From: Eledone cirrhosa | Taxonomy: Eukaryota | Reading direction: 5' to 3' | NCBI GenBank assembly: GCA_964016885.1 | Contig: OZ024749.1 | Coordinates: 42,036,001 to 42,100,000 of the forward strand | DNA: 64,000 bases | Shown: positions 52,559-64,000 of the stretch, in pieces | Numbering within the stretch: position 1 is the first letter of the stretch | Layout of the letters: each line of letters begins with the position of its first letter | Program-made: the position numbers and the translations under genes | Notes under the pieces: generated by a model | What the model saw: only the letters and a program-made list of their open reading frames with translations | The model's database searches: none | What the model was told of the DNA's origin: nothing

Positions 52559-52603
<45 letters not shown>

Positions 52604-53464
52604 ACACATACACCCTTATATGGAAATATCTTTGCTGTACCTATACCTGCTTTCTCTCTCTCTCTCATACACACACACACACACACACACACATACACAC
52701 ATATATATATATAGAGAGAGAGAGATAGATAGATAGATAGATAGATAGAGAGGTACTAATTGTATGTGTGTTTTTGGTTATCTTCAGGTTTTATAAACAC
52801 TTCAATATTGAAGTTTTGTATGACTGTAGAGCTGTTGTTGCTTAACTCTAGGTCAATCCTGCTAGAGCAGATCTTGTGTCAAAAAAGTATTTCAGTCATG
52901 ACCTCCCCATCCATTTTTCCTTCAAGGTCCAATATATCCAGTTTTGAATATGTATACCATATGTGCAGGTCATAAAACATGGCCTCAAAAAGGATCCCAT
53001 GTGTGCCCATAAGATTAATCCCTACTTTATCAGGGAGAATGACCATAAAACATTTAAAACTCACTATGTACTATACATGCACCTTTGATGAGTTGTAGTG
53101 CACCTGAGCACTGTACACAATAATTTCATTATTATTATTATTATTATTATAAGAGCCCATTATTTAATGTATCCTTTATTTCTAAGGTGGTAGAGGGGGG
53201 TAATTTAAGGCAGTTCTGGTTGCTACTTCTAGCAATCTGGACGACCTCAGGAAGGCTCTCCTTTGTTGGTTTGTCAGTAGAAGTGTGCAGCAATGGCAGT
53301 TAGTTGTTCTAGTACTCTAGTATGTCCTATTATGTTAGGGAATGTCTCGCATTATACTTCCTTGCTTTCAATGTCTATTGTGTGCTTACTATAGTCTCTA
53401 ACAAACCATTGTTTAACCATTCATACACTAAAACAATAGAATCTTAATAACATGTATTGTTTTG

Positions 53465-53880
53465 ACTGTTGTTGTTGTAGTTGTTTAACCCCAGGTTAGT
53501 CCTGATCCAGTAGACCTACGATCAAAGCTGATTCAGTTATGATAACCATTCTTTTTTTATTGAGTTCAGGTTGTTGTTGTAGCTGTTTAATGCCAGGTCA
53601 ATCCTGATCCAGTAGACCTATGTTCAAAGGTGATTCAGTTGTGACTATCCAGTTTTTTTATTGAGCCCAGATTGTTGTTGTTGTTGTAGCTGTTTACCCC
53701 CAGGTCAATCTTGATCTAGGAGACCTATGATCAAAGCTGATTCAGTTGTGACTATTCATTTTTTTTTTGTATTGAGTCTGGGTTGTTGTTTAGCTCCAGG
53801 TTAGACCTGATCCAGTAAACCTATGATCAAAGTTGATTCAATCATGAATATCCAGTTATTTTTTTTATTGAGCCCAAGTT
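53465..53880. repeat. Four diverged ~105-bp tandem units
   Basis: CCAGGT...CCTGATCCAGTAGACCTATGATCAAAG...GATTCAGT...TTTTATTGAG repeated. Confidence 0.85.
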
Positions 53881-54430
53881 AATCCTGGGCTCAAAAAAGA
53901 CTGGATAATCATGGCTGCTGCTGCTACTGATGATGAACACTTTAATATGAGAAGATTTATATCATAAAACTTGGTAGTTTCAGTCAGGTTGGTGTCAGAC
54001 TTAACCACTTGTCAGACTTAATGTGTTGTTGTGGCTGTTGTTGTTGTTATGGTTGTTTACATCAGTGAAGTGAAATACTCAGTGGTACCTACTTACATGT
54101 GGTATGTTTGTGAATTTTCTCAAGATGGCAGAGTGTGATAAACGAGGGAGATTTGGCTGTTCTATGTAGCAGGTCAAGTGACTCTGTAGTGGTGTGTCTG
54201 TGTCGTTGAATATTGGTGCAAATGTGTGGCTTGAACAGGTTCAATCCAGAGTGAAAGAGAGACATTGTATGTCTTAGAAATATGTCCAGATTACTGAAAT
54301 CATTGTTGTGGTGTCAATAATCTGGACATAGCAGCCAAACCCTCCTCATATAGCCGACATACAGCAACCAAGTCACATGCAATAAGTCAACAATACAGAG
54401 CCTCTATTGAGTGTGTGTGTGTGTGTATAT

Positions 54431-54499
<69 letters not shown>

Positions 54500-55493
54500 A
54501 GGATGGTGACCAACAATGATTTAGAAGTATTCCAAAAACAGTTCACATCAGACAAACAGGAAAAAAACAAGGTCTATTTTACACAGATAACAAATATTGA
54601 AACTCTTCCGCCTAATAAAACATTGTTATTGTTGTCATTATCGTTTCTATTGTAGTAGTAGTAGTAGTAGCCGTGGCTGTTGATATGTTGTAGTAGTTAT
54701 TGTTCCAGTTAGTAGAGAGACTCTTAGAAATCTGTGTTGGAAATAGATAAGATTTCATAATACTCCAGTACTCTGGGATGAACCTGGCAGTCTCTGTGAA
54801 ACATAGATTTTTAAATATCCTCAATAAAGTTTACTCTAATTTTATCAACTTTAACCCTTTAGCATTTACATTACTCCATATATAATATTGTATTTTCACA
54901 GTTAAGGCTTTATCTTACATAATTATCTCACATAATATCAAATCTATGAGATTTTGATATTATTTATTTTGAGAACAATACCTTAACATCAGTTAAGTAT
55001 CTTTCTCTGGAAGAAATCTGCTGTACTCAGGGCTGGGGAGGAAATGGGCTCAGCCAGGCTTAAAATGCCCAAGAAATGCTGTATGTCAATACGGTGCCCC
55101 TACATCTATCAGGATTTACAGGACCATACATACATATACATATATTATACATACATTCATTCAAAGCTGATGACCCATTCTGTCACTACTCAGAGTTTCT
55201 CAACTTGTTGAATCATCAGCTTCGAGTAAATAAACTCTAATACACGTGTAGTGAGCAACTTTCTCTTGTTTGCACAGACAAACATGAGTGCATGTATGTG
55301 TGCGTGCAAATGCATATGAGCAAGTGTGTATGAGTACGTATAAGCATGTGCATCAGTGTCTTTTATTAAAGCAGTGATTCATGCAGGCAGTGGTTCACTC
55401 CTAACTACCAGACAATCAGCCATTACTTTATTAAACACCCCAGAGCTAATTGCAGTGGGGTTTGGTGGTGGGTGGTAGTGGGATATATATGTG

Positions 55494-55562
<69 letters not shown>

Positions 55563-55645
55563 ATGTATATATATATGTGTGTATATACATCTCTCTCTCC
55601 TTATCTATCTATATATCTAACTCACCCTCTTTATAACTAACTTTG

Positions 55646-55680
<35 letters not shown>

Positions 55681-56015
55681 GAGAGAGAGATATAAAGAGG
55701 GAGTTAGAAACACAGATAGACAGATGATAGTGATAGATTGATAGGGAGAGAGAGAGAGAGAGAGATAGCTATAGATGAATAGAAAAAGAGATAAAGAAAA
55801 AGGGAGGGGCTGGTTAGGTATGAGTATGAGATGGGTGAGAGTTGTTAAGGTATTTCCTTAGTTGTTACCACGTATGATATAACAGTATCAACAGTATATT
55901 ACTCACCTCCCTATATAGGAGAGGAAGGAGGCTTATAGTTGCAGAATAAGAAGTTAATGTAAGAAGGGGAAGTAATCTAAGACGACATGAAGCTAGTGTA
56001 GGAGAGGCAGCACAC

Positions 56016-56104
<89 letters not shown>

Positions 56105-56149
56105 CATCGTTTGTCATGTTATAATACAATATATATCACTCTTATCTCA

Positions 56150-56207
<58 letters not shown>

Positions 56208-56258
56208 TTGTACTATATCATCTTGCTGTGTGGTTTATCTGTTTACGTTTCACATGCA

Positions 56259-56308
<50 letters not shown>

Positions 56309-56460
56309 CACACACATATATATATATATATATATAAAATAAAACTATCATCATTTAACGTTTTCCCTCCTAGCAAGGGTTGGACAGATTATATATATAT
56401 ATATATATATATGCATATGTGTGTGTGCAATGTCCATTTTCCAATGACTACTACAATGAA

Positions 56461-56531
<71 letters not shown>

Positions 56532-56948
56532 CCCCAACCCCAAATGTATTGTATAAAGAAGGTGTTTCTAAGGATGAGGAAAATAGACACATAGACCGAT
56601 GGTGAATTGTGATGAGAAAATGGAATTGAAAATAGTTTTTGGTTTGGCCAACAAACAGTTTCTTATTGGTTGCTAAACATCCGGTTATTGGAAGATCTGA
56701 TGACTAACTTTATAGTATTGCTATATCGTCTATTGATCACTGCCAATGACTGCCAACGTTCACTGAGGAAATAATGCTGCTGCTGATGGTGATGGTGAGG
56801 ATGGTGAAGATGGTGCCAACAATACTGCTGCCCATCATTACTATGATGCTGATGATGATGATGATGATGATGATGGTGGTGATGATGATGACAATGAGAT
56901 GATGCTGATGATGCTGATATTGGTGAAGGCAATTAATACTGATGATGG

Positions 56949-56980
<32 letters not shown>

Positions 56981-57314
56981 ATGATGATGGCATTTGATAC
57001 TGATGATAATGATGGTGATGGTGGCAATGAGTTGATGATGACGATGATGGTGAGATAATGATAATGATGATGACGATGATGGTGAGATAATGATGATGAT
57101 GATGATGATGACTGATGGTGTTGATGCTGGTAAACGGACAGACGATGTAATGATTGGTCAGACAATTGATAGAAGACAGGCAACACACCAATATATTTCC
57201 ACTGCTACTGTAACAACAACAACTACAACAGGCAGCAGCAGCGGTAGCAGCAATAACAACAGCAGCAGTGGTAGCAGCAGCTCAGTGAAGCAGGAACCAT
57301 CTGATGTTGCATAT

Positions 57315-57379
<65 letters not shown>

Positions 57380-57739
57380 CTCTCTCTCCCGGATATAGAA
57401 TTCGATGCAATGAAAATCAACATTGCCACAACTTTAATTCAACAACACTCCTTCTGTAAATGTGGCTCTGAGCCAATTTGAGAACCGGTAGAGTGTCGGA
57501 GTACGTACTTTGTGTTATTTGTTCAGGCTCTCTATGTTCTGAGTCCAAATCCCACTGAAGTCAACTTTGCCTTTCACCCCTTCCAGGGTCAATAAAATAA
57601 TAAAATACCTGTCAAATACTGGGGTGGATATAATTAACTTCCCCTACCCGATACATTGTGGGCCTTGTGGCTAAATTAGAAAACAGTATCATCATCATCA
57701 TCATGAATGTAAGTTGTTAGATTGGAAGAATCGGTAGAG

Positions 57740-57868
57740 CAGGGTTTCTCAAACTTTTTCAAATGCAGAACCCTTTTTGGGGTCCCAGAGTCTAATACTG
57801 TTATGTTGTGGTCGCAACATAATATACTCCTCTACCTTTTATCACGGAAGCCACTTTGGGAACCACTG
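57740..57868. mobile_element. hAT-type MITE inserted in a SINE head
   Basis: CAGGGTTTCTCAAA / TTTGGGAACCACTG termini; degenerate TSD CGGTAGAG / TGGTAGAC. Confidence 0.65.
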
Positions 57869-58609
57869 TGGTAGACCATTGTACAAAATACTTTGCAGTA
57901 TGTAGTTACAACCCTTACACTCTGTGTTCAAATCCCGATGAGGTCAACTTTGCTTTTCATTTTTCTGGGGGTCAATAGCATAAATTATCAGTCGAAGCAT
58001 CATACTAGGGTTGATTTAATTGACTTCCCTACCTCAATCAAAGTACCAGTCTAGTACTTCCTCTATATCCATTTCTCATTTCCTCTCTCTCACTTTCTGT
58101 CTTTCTCTGGAAGAATCTGCTGTACTCAGACTTGGAGAGGGGTGGGCTCCACCGGGCTTAAAATGCCCAAGAAACGGTGTATGTCAATACGGCACCCCTA
58201 AGACTATCAGGGGTTACGGGACCATACCTCAATACGAGAATAATTATTTCAATTATGTCTTAAATGTTTTTCCATAGTTAGGGTGGTTTGTTGAAAACTC
58301 TAGTATTTAAACTTATTAGATTACATAAAACATTTTTGATTATGTCCCTGATTTCATTCCATAGTTCAAGACAGGCAACATATTGGCAAAGATCAGGGCT
58401 TCCAAAACTTTTTAAAACGCATAATACTGATGAAACTGGGATAAACACTGGCATGATATATATATACACACAGACATATACATATCCCTTCCATATATTG
58501 TACCAATTGTTATTTCTGTTTAGCTTTTATATATATAGTGTAGGTGATTCAGTAAATTACTGGTGGTGGTACCAAAAGAAGCACTCTATGCATAGATAGA
58601 GTGTATATA

Positions 58610-58870
58610 GTAGAAAAAATGAGGAAGTTTCCTTTACAGGTTTAAGATTTTTAGTGTGTATCGGCTTGTTATGTGTTTCGCAGAGGATTGGCTCAAGGTC
58701 ACACATAGGAGTTATGGTCCCTACTCCATTATCAATCTACTCTTCAGACTGGCGATGTGACAAAAAAATATAGTGTTTGTTGAGCAAATCTTCTGCGAAA
58801 CGCGCGTAACAGGTCGATACACAATAAAAATCTTATACATGTAAACAAAACTTCCTTGTTTTTTTCTGTT
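58610..58870. mobile_element. MITE with ~85-bp imperfect terminal inverted repeats
   Basis: AGGAAGTTT...TTTCGCAGAGGATTGGCTCAA versus TTGAGCAAATCTTCTGCGAAA...AAACTTCCT; TA-rich flanks. Confidence 0.7.
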
Positions 58871-61674
58871 ATATATATATATGCAACTAAGTACCCTAAC
58901 CTTAAATACATCTACAAAACCCTTGCAAGCAGGGAAAAGCGGACGTAAAATGATGATGATGATGATGATGATGAAAATCAAAGCCAATCTTGACCCTAAT
59001 ATATTACATATAACCCATGCTAGCATGGAAAATGGACGTTGAACGAAGATGATGATGATGATGATGAATGGGCTTCTGCACTATTTCCATCTACCAAATT
59101 TCCCTCACAAGGCAATGTCTCTGGACCGAGATATTTGGCGCTACGCAGTAATACAGAAGACCCGCCTTGCCTATGTACAAAGCGAAACCTACAGTCAGTA
59201 GGCACCTCTTAACCAAATATACACCCCAATCTACTACCCCTACCCTATCCTCCCACTAACAACATGAGAAAATGAGATCGAGTTCGTGTAGGTGTCACGA
59301 CAAAAAAAAACACAGTCCACGCTGTGATGTGGCCGTGTAGGTAACACGGTAAAAAGTTCCCAGTTCCACACTGTAAATGTGGTTGGTGTTAGAAAGGGCA
59401 TCCAGCCGTAGAAAACCTGCCAGATTGTCCTATATGAGCGAGACACGGTCACCCGACCAGCCTTGCCTCAAGTGGGACAACTCCCGTCTAACCCATGCTA
59501 GCGTGGAAAATGGACGTTAAACGAAGATAATGATGATGATGAAGGCAATGGCTAACCTGAGAGCAAAGAAAACACTTGCTCATGGTCCTGTGCAGTGGGA
59601 CTAAATACTAACTATGTTGTTGCAAAATCATCATCATTATTATTATTGTACAGCATGGTATTGTTCTGGTATAGTAGTGTGGTGTGGTGCAGTGAGATGT
59701 GCTGCAGTGTGGTGTTGTGTTATGTGGTGCAGTGTAGTATGTTGTGGCACAGTGTGTTGCAATGAGGTGTGTTGTGCAGTGCTAGGGTGTGGTGTGGTGC
59801 GGTGCGGTGTGGTGTGGTACAGATGGTGTGTTGTGGTGTGGTACAAGTGGTGTGATATGGTGTGTTGCAATGTGTTGTGCTGTGCTGTGGTGTGGCACGG
59901 TGAGGTGTGGTGTATTGAGTTTCAAGATTTCATGGGCCACTACATTCCAATCTGGGTGTTCAGTGAAGTTAAGAAAATGGGAAGATCCAGAAGATATATG
60001 AGTGGATAGATGGAGGGGGTGGGGGAAGAGAATGGACAGTGATGGAGGTGTTAGGATGGGAGCTGGACGGTAGTAGCAGTGGTGGTGTTAAGAAGGGGGA
60101 CGGACAGTAGCAGTGGTGGTATTATTAATTTGATATATGAATGACTCAATCACGTAAAATATTATACACACATGTTATTATGCATGTGTGTGTGTGTGTG
60201 TATTTATTTTATTATAGAAATGACTTCTACATTGGGGTCCTACACACACACACACATATATGCATATATATGTGTGTGTGTGCGCGCGCGCATGTATCAT
60301 GAACTCATGCAATAATGTGTTATGACACAAAATGTGTATATTAAGAAACAACTAAAGCACTACAGATCTGATATATTGGTACAGCAGTGCCTAAGATTAA
60401 TAGAGACAAGAGGAGGAGAAAATGAAATTGTGCAATGTTCATGACCTCCCACTTGTCAAAGTGAAATTTAATCCAGTTGGTACCGGTTTGCCTTAACCCT
60501 TTAGCATTTACATTACTCTATATTTACTATTATATTTTCATGGTAAAGGCATAATTATCTCACATAATATCGAATCTACGAGATTTTGATATTATTTATT
60601 TTGAGAACAACACCTCAATATTGGTATGAGTGGCTAGTTACAGCTGGTTTGAACAGAAAGAGGTGAGAGAATTCTGGCTGGATATGGCCGGTTTAAATGC
60701 TAAAGAGTTAAACTGCCTTTGGAACTACGATATAAAACAGCCTCTTTTAAAGTGTTTTAAAATTTTCCACTATAATTTTATGTAAGAACATTTTATTAAA
60801 TCATGCTACAAACATCAACTCAATAATGTGAAAGTTAGTTGCATCAACAAATTCCTTGAATTTTTTTAATATTTTGAAAATGATTTGAAATATTTTGGCA
60901 ATGTACTTTCTTAGAACGTTGAATAGAATGCTTTGTGGTATTCAGCCCGGTTTTGGCTGGGTTGGTAACAAAAAGGTTAAGTAGGAACTCTTTAAAATTG
61001 ATGGTTTTGTTTCATAGACCTGGTAGTGGTTTTGGCTGGGTTGGTATCATAAGAACTAAATAAAAACCCTTTAAAATTGGTAGTTTTGTGTCATAGAACC
61101 AGAGCTGGTTTTGGCTAGATCAACATCAAAAGAGTTTATGAACCCTTTAAAATTGGTAGTTTTGTGTCATAAACCTAGAATTGGTTTTGGCTGGGTTGAT
61201 ATCAAAAAGGTTAAATAGAAACCCTTTTAAATGGGTGGTTTTGTAGGATAGACCTATAACTGGTTGTTTTGGATTGAGTGGATATCTAAAGAGTTAACTA
61301 GGAACCCTTTAAAATGGGTGGTTTTGTGGCATAGACCTATAACTGGTTTTGTTTTGGATTGAGTGGATACCTAAAGGGTTACATAGGAACCCTTTAAAAT
61401 GGGTGGTTTTGTTTCATAGCTAGATGAGTATGAAAATAATTAATCCAGCACAACATCTTTGTATAAACACTTGAGGATATTTCCCAGACTTGCCTTACTA
61501 CAGTAGCAATGCTAGAAAAGAAAACATTGCTGAAGCATTATTCTACACATTCCTTTATATATTTGGAATTCACAAGAGACATATTACATATCTCTGCTGT
61601 TCTGTTCCAACAGCCATACACACTCCCACCAATAACAAATTACAAGTGGGTGAGTTTTTGTGTTTTTACATATT

Positions 61675-62360
61675 ATGAATGTTGTGAGAAGAAATAGAAT
61701 AAAATGGATCGGTCACGTGTTGAGGAAGAATGAACGCGATTGGGTGAGAGGAATAGAAACTGTGACGAATGTTGTGAAGAGAAATAGAATGAGATGGTTG
61801 GGTCATGTGTTGAAGAAGGATGAACGTGACTGGATGAGATGAATAAAAACTGTGATGAATGTTGTGAAGAGAAATAGAATGAGATGGTTGGGTCATGTGT
61901 TGAAGAAGGATAAAAGTGACTGGAGACAGGAATAGAGTCAGTGATGGATTTGTGAAGAGAAAGAGAATGAGATGGTTGGGTCATGTGTTGAAGAAGGATG
62001 AACGTGACTGGATGAGATGAATAGAAACTGTGATGAATGTTGTGAAGAGAAATAGAATGAGATGGTTGGGTCATGTGTTGAGGAAGGATGAACGTGACTG
62101 GATGAGATTAATAAAAACTGTGATGAATGTTGTGAAGAGAAATAGAATGAGATGGTTGGGTCATGTGTTGAAGAAGGATAAAAGTGACTGGAGACAGGAA
62201 TAGAGTCAGTGATGGATTTGTGAAGAGAAAGAGAATGAGATGGTTGGGTCATGTGTTGAAGAAGGATGAACGTGACTGGATGAGATGAATAGAAACTGTG
62301 ATGAATGTTGTGAAGAGAAATAGAATGAGATGGTTGGGTCATGTGTTGAGGAAGGATCCA
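61675..62360 (+). repeat. ~90-bp satellite derived from a LINE RT C-terminal fragment
   Basis: Unit translates as NVVKRNRMRWLGHVLKKDERDWMR (RxRWxGHVxR motif of RTE LINEs); about 7-8 copies. Confidence 0.85.
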
Positions 62361-63313
62361 GCGATGGATGTTGTGAGAGGAGTGATTTTCAGGAATGATT
62401 CTCATGAATGATTTTCAGCATCTTTCATAAAAATACAGTAACAAGATGGTTAAATGAAATTAAGCTACCTGTTTAATTATTTCGGATATTGTTGTTTGGC
62501 CGCTGTTTCTAGCACTGAAATAGTTCCTTGTGAGTTCAATTTATAATTCATTATTTCTGCTACAAAATTGGCTTACTATATTATTGTTATAAACTGATTG
62601 ATGAAGATGATGATGGTAGTAATGATGGTGGTGGTGATGGTGGTGATGATGATAGTGAGAATGATAGTGATGATGGTGGTGGTGATGTGGTAGTGATGAT
62701 GGTAGTGATGATGGTGGTAGTAATGATGATGGTGGTGATGGTAGTGATGGTGGTAGTAATGATGATGATGGTAGTGACGGTGATGGTAGTGATGATGACG
62801 ATGGTGATGGTGATGGTAGTGATGGTGATGGTGATGGTAGATATGATGACAGTGATGATGATGGTAGTGATGTTATTGCTGCTGCTGATGCTGCTTAGTA
62901 AGAACAAAATACCGAAAACAAAACCTCCGAAAGTGTTAGGTAATAAAACAAGAGCAGACAACTCCTCACTTATACTAAACTTAAAACCCTAAAGTATATA
63001 ATGATTACTTGTATTCTTATACTTTTTTACTGGTTTCAGTAATCAGACTACGACCATGCTGGGACACAGTATTTACCCCTCTTTTAAGTTTGACACTTAT
63101 TTTATCGATCACTTTTGTAGAACTGCTATGTTATAGTAAGCACGCACGCACACAACACATATATATATGGGCTTCTAGCCAGTTTCCGTCAACCAAATTT
63201 CACTCACAGGGCATTGGACAACCTGAGGCTACAGCAGAAGACACTTATCCCAGGGTTATGAAACAAACTTCTTGACCACAGCCTTGTGTAAACTCTCCCT
63301 CTCTCTTTACATA

Positions 63314-63349
<36 letters not shown>

Positions 63350-64000
63350 TGTGTGCTGTGGCTAAGAAGATTGATTAGCCATTCTAGCATTGAAACGGTT
63401 TAAGCTTAAAATTATATATATATATATATACATATACACACGCACGCACGCACACACACATACACGTGTGTATGCATATGTGTATGTACGTACATGTATG
63501 TATAATGATTACTTGTATTTGTGAGAGAGAGAGAGGGAGAGAGAGAGGGGTGGTGGGGTAGAGGGAGAAAGAGGTGGTGGGGTAGAAGGGAAAAGAAGTG
63601 ACATGCTAAAGTATTTCAAACATTCAAATTGAAGGGAGGAATTAAAATGGAACAGTAGTAATAGTAACAAGAGGACAGAAGAGAACAAAACAAGGTTTAA
63701 TTTAGAGTGTAATATCCTGCCTGGTTGCTGGAAATGTAAGCAAAATATATTTAACACTTTCATTACTGTATTTATAATGAAAAAAGAACACTGTGTCTAT
63801 AATTTTCAAATAATTTCGAAAATAATCAGGAATTTGGTACGGGAGGTGGGTTATGACATAATTTATGGGAACTGCCCGTGTGTGTATTGATGTGTGAAGT
63901 GACAGAGGCAATAATATGTTTTCAACCCTATCGTTACCATGTTTCTAATGAAAAACACTGCATGTGTCTTTAACTCTTTTGTTACCATATTTCTAATGAA

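Noticed and set aside
55164-55222. CUGAUGA...GAAA hammerhead-like core on the minus strand
   Set aside because: Stem I cannot form and stem II lacks the usual closing pair; better explained as a short inverted-repeat element also seen near 26680

Overview
AT-rich, microsatellite-dense animal genomic DNA. The SINE/LINE/MITE content suggests a coleoid cephalopod, probably an octopod (inference). Almost all ORFs in the supplied track are microsatellite artefacts. Two real intron-containing genes converge. On the + strand are the last 6 exons of a lysosomal Pro-X carboxypeptidase (PRCP, peptidase S28, 28-4393, catalytic Ser/Asp/His intact). On the - strand is a group I p21-activated kinase with 12 coding exons from the CRIB exon at 43554 to the stop at 32587; its first coding exon was not found, it has a 3'UTR intron, and possibly a ~14.6 kb terminal exon. 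The most unusual structure lies between the genes: a ~9.6 kb foldback with two near-identical ~1.75-1.8 kb inverted arms (4767-6516 / 12503-14319). Its 6 kb spacer holds a candidate Pol III-type structured RNA, a nested inverted-repeat element around an unannotated Cys-rich terminal exon, and a candidate multi-exon non-coding transcript on the opposite strand. Penelope-type minimal hammerhead motifs, hAT/piggyBac/Tc1-mariner/Helitron remnants and a satellite built from a LINE reverse-transcriptase fragment are also present. All calls were read by eye; no searches or folding programs were run.
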